Source: a virus | Taxonomy: Duplodnaviria; Caudoviricetes | Strand: one strand, 5' to 3' | Length of the DNA stretch: 32,858 bases | IMG/VR virus record: IMGVR_UViG_3300029821_000022 | Location: 1 to 32,858 of that record | Part shown: positions 26,883 to 32,858 of the stretch, in pieces | Layout: every line of letters starts with the position of its first letter | Position numbering within the stretch: position 1 is the first letter of the stretch | The notes under the pieces: generated by a model | Database searches by the model: none | What the model was told of the DNA's origin: nothing | Seen by the model: the letters and a program-made list of their open reading frames with translations, nothing else | Position numbers and translations under genes: made by a program

Positions 26883-27467
26883 ATGGCCAGTAACCAGGCC
26901 GAATTGCCGCAAGCCTGCAGCCAGGCCGCCTTTGCGCGCCGGCTGGGCTACCGCCGCAGCTACGTCACCGCCCTCAAGGCTGCTGGCCGCCTGGTGCTGT
27001 CGGATGATGGCCAAGTGCTAGTGGCTGAATCGATGGCCCGGATCGAGGCCACCCGCGACCCCGGCAAAGCGGCCGTTGCCGAACGCCACGCAGCGGCCCG
27101 CACAGCGCCGCAGGCGCCGGAAGCTAATCAGCCCGCGCCACCGCGGGCAGACCAAGCGGCAGAAAGCGAAAGCGCCGTCGGTTACCAGCACTGGCGCGAA
27201 CGCCGCGAGCGTGCCGGTGCACTAGCCGCTGAGCGCGAAAACGCACTGGCCGAAGGCAAACTGCTGCCTGCCGCCGATGTCGCCGCGCAAGTCACCACCG
27301 CGTTCGTCATCGCACGTGGCGCGCTCGAGGGCCTGCCCGACATCCTCGCCCCGCAACTGGCCGCAGAATCCGACGAATCGCGCTGCCGCGCCTTGCTAGT
27401 GGATGCCGTCGAATTGCACCTGGCTGATCTGAGCCGCCGCCTGTCAACGCTGGGCGGCACGCCATGA
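26883..27467 (+). CDS. terS: Terminase small subunit
   Basis: N-terminal HTH (SQAAFARRLGYRRSYVTALK), coiled coil, EGKLLP...LPDILAPQLA; precedes terL. Confidence 0.8.
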   Translation: MASNQAELPQACSQAAFARRLGYRRSYVTALKAAGRLVLSDDGQVLVAESMARIEATRDPGKAAVAERHAAARTAPQAPEANQPAPPRADQAAESESAVGYQHWRERRERAGALAAERENALAEGKLLPAADVAAQVTTAFVIARGALEGLPDILAPQLAAESDESRCRALLVDAVELHLADLSRRLSTLGGTP

Positions 27468-29377
27468 GCGCCAGCTGCTATGCCAACGCCGTGTCGGTGG
27501 TGTCGCGTGCTGCATCGCGCGCCGTGGCCCCGCGCCGGCCGCTCACGGTAAGCCAGTGGTCCGATGCCGAGCGCTATCTCAGCAACAAGGGCAGCTCAGA
27601 GCCTGGGCGCTGGCGCACCGCCCGCAACCCCATCCTGCGCGAACCCATGGATTGCATGTCGCTGCGCAGCGCAGTTCACGACGCTGTGTGCATGTTTCCC
27701 ATCCAGATCGGCAAAACCGAGATCGCCGTCAACACCGTCGGCTACGTCATGGATCACGCTCCCGGCCCGATCATGGTGGCGCTGCCTGGCGAAGTGTCGC
27801 TCAACAAATGGGTGGCGCAAAAGTTCCAGCCCGCGCTCGATGAAACTCCCGCCATGCGCCGCGCGCTCACCAGCGTTGCCAGTCGCGATGGTGCCAATCA
27901 ACGCGCGTTCAAGGATTTCGCCGGAGGCCAGATCTACATCGAGCACGGCGGCAGCCCGCAGCGGCTCAAGTCCACCACGGTCAAGGTGCTCATTGTCGAT
28001 GAGCTCGACGAATTCGCCACAAACCTCAAGGGCGGTGATGACCCGGTAAAGCTGCTTGAAGGCCGCACCTCGGCGTTCCCCAGCACACACAAGCGGCTAT
28101 ACATCAGCACCCCGGGCATCGAAGGCATCAGCCGCACCAAACAGTTCTACGAGCAGAGCGATCAGCGCCGCTACTACGTGCCATGCCCGCACTGCGGCCA
28201 CGAGCAACCGCTCGAGTGGTCTGGCCTGCACTGGAACCCCGACGCCACCCAGTGCTGGTACGCCTGCCGCGACTGCGGCGCCTGCATCGATGAGCACCAC
28301 AAAACCGACATGATCAGCGCCGGCCGATGGGTTGCCGAAAAGCCCGGCGCGGCCATGCGCGGCTACACCGTCAACTGCCTGTATTACCAGTTTGGCCTCG
28401 GCCCGCGCTGGCTCACCATGGTGCAAGAGTGGCGCGATGCCCAAGGCGACCCGGCAAAGCTCAAGACCTTCATCAACGATCGCCTGGCCGAAACCTTCGA
28501 AGATCCGAAGATGCGCGCCGTCAAGCACAACGCCATCTTTGACCGCGCCGAGGCGTACCCCCTGCGCACCGCCCCCGAAGGCGTGCTCGAGGTCACCGTT
28601 GGCGTGGATACCCAGGACAACCGGCTGGCTGCACACACCGTTGGCTGGGGTCGCGGCCTGCAAGCCTGGACGCTCGATTACATCGAACTGCCAGGCGACC
28701 CGGCCGAGGATGCCGTCTGGTTTGCCCTGGTGGAACTGCTCAACAAACCCATCGCCCATGTATCCGGCGGCGTGCTGCGCGTCGCCGCCACCCTCATCGA
28801 TGCTGGCGGCCACCGCACCGAAGCGGTCAAGGATTTCGCCCGCAAGCACCTGCTGCGCCGATGTCGGCCCATCTTCGGTGCTGTACCGAATAACGCGCCT
28901 GTGCTCAGCAAGGGCAAGCTGCAAGACATCAACTGGCGCGGCCAGCTTGACAAGCGCGGCGTCATCATCCACCACGTCGGCACGGTTGCCATCAAGCACC
29001 TGCTGTATTCGCGGCTCAGCGCAGATGCCGACAAGCCAGTCGAGGATCGCCAGATTCACCTGAGCGATGAGTTGGGCTCCGATTTCTTTGGCGGCCTGGT
29101 CAGCGAAACCTACAACCCCGCAAAAAACCGCTTCGAAAAGCGCCGCGGCGGCTTCCGCAACGAACCGCTCGACACCTGGGTGTATGCCTACGCCGCCACC
29201 CACCATCCCGAATTGCGCCTGCACCGCCGCAGCAAAGCCGACTGGGATGCGGCCGAGGCCCGCATCGCCCGCTCAGCCGACAAGGAAGACAACGAACCGA
29301 CGGCACCAGCGGAACAAAGCACGGCCAAGAAACACGGCACCCGCAAACGCGGCAACTTCGTGACCACCTGGTCATAA
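27464..29377 (+). CDS. terL: Terminase large subunit (lambda GpA family)
   Basis: QIGKTE, VDELD, ISTP, SDQRRYYVPCPHCG, GVDTQ, IDAGG, RNEPLD. Confidence 0.96.
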   Translation: MSASCYANAVSVVSRAASRAVAPRRPLTVSQWSDAERYLSNKGSSEPGRWRTARNPILREPMDCMSLRSAVHDAVCMFPIQIGKTEIAVNTVGYVMDHAPGPIMVALPGEVSLNKWVAQKFQPALDETPAMRRALTSVASRDGANQRAFKDFAGGQIYIEHGGSPQRLKSTTVKVLIVDELDEFATNLKGGDDPVKLLEGRTSAFPSTHKRLYISTPGIEGISRTKQFYEQSDQRRYYVPCPHCGHEQPLEWSGLHWNPDATQCWYACRDCGACIDEHHKTDMISAGRWVAEKPGAAMRGYTVNCLYYQFGLGPRWLTMVQEWRDAQGDPAKLKTFINDRLAETFEDPKMRAVKHNAIFDRAEAYPLRTAPEGVLEVTVGVDTQDNRLAAHTVGWGRGLQAWTLDYIELPGDPAEDAVWFALVELLNKPIAHVSGGVLRVAATLIDAGGHRTEAVKDFARKHLLRRCRPIFGAVPNNAPVLSKGKLQDINWRGQLDKRGVIIHHVGTVAIKHLLYSRLSADADKPVEDRQIHLSDELGSDFFGGLVSETYNPAKNRFEKRRGGFRNEPLDTWVYAYAATHHPELRLHRRSKADWDAAEARIARSADKEDNEPTAPAEQSTAKKHGTRKRGNFVTTWS

Positions 29378-29393
29378 CCAACTGGTGACCCGC

Positions 29394-29741
29394 ATGAAAG
29401 ATGACCTGATCAGTGACATCATCGCCCGCCTGCAATCCGAGCAAGGGCCGATCCCTCCGGCCGTAGCCATGAAAATCGAGGCGTCCATCCGACGCGACTG
29501 GGGCGGGGAGCGCCACTACATCGCCAAAACCGGCGAAATTGGCAATCACATACTGGCCGCACGTGATCAGCGCATCATCAGCGAATCACGGCGCGGCGAT
29601 CACGATGAGCTTATCGCCAGGCGCTGGGGAATATCCACCCGGCGCGTTCGGCAGATACTGTCCGCGATCCGCGCAGCCGCAACCCCGGCTGCCAATGACG
29701 CGCAGTGCGCAAACGTCAAGCGCAAGAAGCAGCGTGGGTAG
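29394..29741 (+). CDS. Mor/C-family transcription activator
   Basis: WGGERHYI...RDQRI...IARRWGISTRRVRQIL, as in Mu Mor/C. Confidence 0.82.
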   Translation: MKDDLISDIIARLQSEQGPIPPAVAMKIEASIRRDWGGERHYIAKTGEIGNHILAARDQRIISESRRGDHDELIARRWGISTRRVRQILSAIRAAATPAANDAQCANVKRKKQRG

Positions 29742-29751
29742 CCCATACAGC

Positions 29752-29794
29752 GGAAACGCTTTGCCTTAACCATTTCCGTTTTCCTTGCCATCGT
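29752..29794 (+). promoter_or_regulatory. Late promoter 1: 27-bp box plus -10-like CATCGT
   Basis: GGAAACGCTTTGCCTTAACCATTTCCG, identical to 31854-31880. Confidence 0.75.
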
Positions 29795-29800
29795 GGCGGC

Positions 29801-30325
29801 ATGGCAGACATTCCCAGCCGTATCCCCACACGATTGCGCGCTGGCGACACCGCGCGCTGGCGGCTTGACCTGCCGGATTACCCGCCAGCGGATGGCTGGG
29901 CACTGGCATATACCCTTGTCACCACAACTGGCGTCATCTCGATAGTGTCGGCGGCCGATGGCTCCGCTCACCTGGTCGAAGTGCCGACCGCAACCACTGC
30001 CGTATGGCAGGCCGGGCGCTACACCTACCAGGAATATGTCACCCGCACCGGAGAGCGGGTAACGCTCAGCACCGGCGAGGTGTTGATCGAGCCCGACCTG
30101 TCGCAAGTCATCGCTGGCGCAGATACCCGCAGCCATGCGCGGCGCGTGCTCGATTCGATCGAGGCGTGGCTGGAAACAAAATCCGCGATTGCCGGATCCG
30201 TGCAGATCGGTGATCGCCGCGTGCAGCAATACCCCATTACCGAATTGTTGGCACTGCGTGATCGTTACCGCGCCGAAGTGGCGCGCGAGCGCGGCAGTAC
30301 CGGCCGCGTATTGACGAGGTTCTGA
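29801..30325 (+). CDS. Head completion protein with gpW-like C-terminus
   Basis: AGDT..W...YPP.DGW.L.Y and SVQIGDRRVQQYPITELLALRDRYRAEV; precedes portal. Confidence 0.78.
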   Translation: MADIPSRIPTRLRAGDTARWRLDLPDYPPADGWALAYTLVTTTGVISIVSAADGSAHLVEVPTATTAVWQAGRYTYQEYVTRTGERVTLSTGEVLIEPDLSQVIAGADTRSHARRVLDSIEAWLETKSAIAGSVQIGDRRVQQYPITELLALRDRYRAEVARERGSTGRVLTRF

Positions 30326-31854
30326 TGATCAACCCGTTCCGGCGGCAGCGTAGCGAGCCCGACCCCGAAAAAACCAAGCGATTGGCACGGGCGCTGGAAT
30401 TCAATCTGCCGCGCCACGGCGCGCGGCGTTTCGATGCTGCGGTCAGCGATCGGCTCACCGCCAGCTGGGTATCCGGCGCCACCGCCATCGATGCCGAATT
30501 GCGTGGTCAACTCGACCCACTGCGCAACCGCAGCCGCGACCTGTTCAAGAACAACGAGTACGCCGCCAAGTTCGGCCGCATGGTGCGCAACAACGTCGTC
30601 GGCCCCGATGGGTTCATGCTGCAAGCACGGGTTACCGACCCATCCGGCAGTGCCGACAGCCTGGCCAACAAAACCATCGAAGCCGCGTGGTGGCGTTGGA
30701 TGCGCCCAGCAAATTGTGAGGCATCTGGCAAGCACAGCTTTGTCGGCGTCTGTAACCAGGTTGCACTGGCGCTGGCACGCGATGGCGAGTTTCTGGTGCG
30801 CAAGGTGCGTGGCCGTGGCCTTGGCGAATTTGGCTTTCAGCTGCAGCTGATCGATGTCGCACGGCTCGATACCACGCTCAACCGCGACGCACGCGAGGGC
30901 CTCAACGCCATCGTGATGGGTGTCGAGCTTGATCCCAGCGGCCGGGCGCTGTTCTACCACATCAAAACCGCATCCAGCCGCACCGGCCGCGCCACCCGCG
31001 AACGCATCCCGGCCAGCGAAATCATCCATGGTTTCATTCCCATCGAAACCGAGCAAACGCGCGGTGTGCCGTGGATGCATGCCGCCATGCTGCGCATGCA
31101 CGACCTCAACGGTTATCGCGGCGCAGCCGTCATCGCAGCCCGTGTCGGCGCCAGCAAAATGGGCGTGTGGGAAACCCCCGATGGCCTGCCGCCGCCGGGT
31201 GCTTCCGAGGGCGACGAGCCGGGCAGTTACATCACCGAAGTTGACCCTGGCCATTTTGATTTCGCGCCGCCCGGCTACAAGCTCACCACCTACGACCCCA
31301 CCTATCCGCACGACCAGTTCGACAGCTTCACCAAGTCGGTGCTGCGCGGCATTGCCAGCGGCATCGGCGTTGCCTACAACGCGCTGGCAAACGATCTGGA
31401 AGGCGTCAATTTCAGCTCAATCCGTGCCGGCGTGCTCGAAGAGCGCGAGCACTGGATGGCAATCCAGAACTGGATGATCAGCGCCTTCCTCGATGTCGTC
31501 TACGAGGAATGGCTGGCGCACACCCTGCTGTCTGGCGGCTTCGTGATGCCCAACGGTGCCGTGCTGCCGGCGGCCAAGCTCGACAAGTTCCGCGAGCACG
31601 TATGGCAGCCGCGGCGCTGGCCCTGGGTCGACCCGCTCAAGGATATCCAGGCCAGCGTGATGGCCATCGACAACATGATCGCTAGCCCGCAGCAGATCGC
31701 CGCGCAATCGGGCCGCGATATCGAAGACGTGCTCGATGACATCGTCGCGTTCAAAAAGCTGCTTGCCGAACGCGGCCTGCAGGCCGTTGCGGCCAAGCCC
31801 AAGCAATCACCCGCCAGCATCGGTGCAGATACGGCTGCGGATGAAAACGCGTAG
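30325..31854 (+). CDS. Portal protein, lambda family
   Basis: LRNRSRDLFKNN, DGEF, QTRGVPW, VNFSSIRAG, WPWVDPLKD. Confidence 0.96.
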   Translation: MINPFRRQRSEPDPEKTKRLARALEFNLPRHGARRFDAAVSDRLTASWVSGATAIDAELRGQLDPLRNRSRDLFKNNEYAAKFGRMVRNNVVGPDGFMLQARVTDPSGSADSLANKTIEAAWWRWMRPANCEASGKHSFVGVCNQVALALARDGEFLVRKVRGRGLGEFGFQLQLIDVARLDTTLNRDAREGLNAIVMGVELDPSGRALFYHIKTASSRTGRATRERIPASEIIHGFIPIETEQTRGVPWMHAAMLRMHDLNGYRGAAVIAARVGASKMGVWETPDGLPPPGASEGDEPGSYITEVDPGHFDFAPPGYKLTTYDPTYPHDQFDSFTKSVLRGIASGIGVAYNALANDLEGVNFSSIRAGVLEEREHWMAIQNWMISAFLDVVYEEWLAHTLLSGGFVMPNGAVLPAAKLDKFREHVWQPRRWPWVDPLKDIQASVMAIDNMIASPQQIAAQSGRDIEDVLDDIVAFKKLLAERGLQAVAAKPKQSPASIGADTAADENA

Positions 31855-31896
31855 GAAACGCTTTGCCTTAACCATTTCCGAAATCACGCACAGGAT
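31854..31896 (+). promoter_or_regulatory. Late promoter 2: 27-bp box plus -10-like CAGGAT
   Basis: Same box and same spacing to the start codon as promoter 1. Confidence 0.75.
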
Positions 31897-31902
31897 GACG
31901 AC

Positions 31903-32858
31903 ATGAGTAAGCAGGTAGCCAAACAAATCACGGACGGCAAACCGATCGTCCGCAGCTTCCAGATCGACCGCGAGCGCAGCGCCATCAACGAGGACGCGCG
32001 CACCGTCGAGCTTGCATTCAGTTCCGAAACGCCCGTTGAGCGCAGTTTCGGCCTCGAAGTTTTAGACCACCGCGAAGCCAGCATTCGGCTGGATCGGCTC
32101 AAAAGCGGTGGCGCAGTGCTGGTGGATCATGATCCACGCGATCTGGTCGGAGTGATCGAATCGGTACAGATCGGCGCGGACCGGGTAGGTCGCGCCGTGG
32201 TGCGCTTTGGGAAAAGTGCGCGTGCCAGCGAAATCTTCCAGGACGTCGTGGACGACATCCGCAGCAAAGTGTCGGTCAGTTACCGGATTCACGATGCCGT
32301 GCTTGAACCCAGAGTTGAGGGCGCGAAGCAAGACACGTTCCGGATCACTGACTGGGAGCCGATGGAAATCAGCATGGTCAGTATCCCGGCAGACACTGCC
32401 GTGGGTGTTGGCCGCAGTGCTGACATGACCGCAACAACGCAAACACCTACCCTCAAGGAACCCGCAGCCATGCCTGATGACAACAAAGACACTCCCAACC
32501 CGGCCGACATCGCCGCCGCGCGCGCCGCTGGCGCCGCCTCGGGCAGCGAAGCCGAGCGCAAGCGTTCCAGCGCCATCGCCGAAATTGCCAAGCAATACGC
32601 CGCCTACAAGCTCGACGACATCGCGCGCGACGCGATCGTGTCGGGCATGAGCGTGGATGAGTTCCAGCGCAAGGCGCTCGAACACATCGGCACCACCAAA
32701 GCCCTGCCCACCGCCGAAATCGGCATGGGCGAGGAAGACCTCAAGCGCTACAGCATCATGCGTGCGCTGCGCTATCTGGCTGATCCCAAGGACCGCCAAT
32801 CGCGCGAGCAGGCCAAGTTCGAAATCGAATGCAGCGAGGCCGCTGCCGAACGTTCGGT
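31903..32858 (+). CDS. Prohead protease-major capsid fusion, 5' part (continues through the overlap to 1141; about 628 aa)
   Basis: Translated by hand: RTVELAFSSETPV, VLVDHD, SKVSVSY, WEPMEISMVSIPAD; no stop; same frame as the capsid ORF. Absent from the ORF track. Confidence 0.93.
   Translation, partial: MSKQVAKQITDGKPIVRSFQIDRERSAINEDARTVELAFSSETPVERSFGLEVLDHREASIRLDRLKSGGAVLVDHDPRDLVGVIESVQIGADRVGRAVVRFGKSARASEIFQDVVDDIRSKVSVSYRIHDAVLEPRVEGAKQDTFRITDWEPMEISMVSIPADTAVGVGRSADMTATTQTPTLKEPAAMPDDNKDTPNPADIAAARAAGAASGSEAERKRSSAIAEIAKQYAAYKLDDIARDAIVSGMSVDEFQRKALEHIGTTKALPTAEIGMGEEDLKRYSIMRALRYLADPKDRQSREQAKFEIECSEAAAERS
32649..32858. repeat. Terminal direct repeat, copy 2
   Basis: Matches 1-210. 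Confidence 0.97.

Noticed and set aside
26567-26893. ORFs across the origin region
   Set aside because: Low-complexity translations of the iterons; a coupled ORF from ATG 26567 cannot be fully excluded
28097-29224. Long antisense ORFs (also 11331-12347, 30265-31311, 15566-16525)
   Set aside because: Shadow frames of GC-rich genes with no motifs

Overview
The window is an apparently complete, circularly closed genome of a GC-rich siphovirus-type phage. The unit length is about 32,648 bp, because bases 1-210 recur at 32649-32858 with one mismatch. Head genes are lambda-like: GpA terminase, lambda-family portal and a protease-major capsid fusion that wraps the window ends. The tail is non-contractile with a BR0599/GTA-like tip. 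The lysis cassette is split by a fibre module. A tyrosine integrase sits next to an intact attP whose 17-bp core matches a tRNA-Leu 3' end. There is a leftward accessory operon (phage Dam, DUF4406-like protein), a rightward cro/cII-like/primase-helicase operon with an inverted-repeat origin, and a Mor/C-family activator. Most unusual: (1) a membrane-anchored PAS-domain protein in the holin position, directly upstream of an endolysin fused to three TM helices, suggesting sensor-controlled lysis; (2) an immunity region with two mirror-image promoters and five operators but no cI gene; (3) two identical 27-bp late-promoter boxes that appear to drive leaderless mRNAs. All family assignments come from motif recognition by eye, not from database searches.
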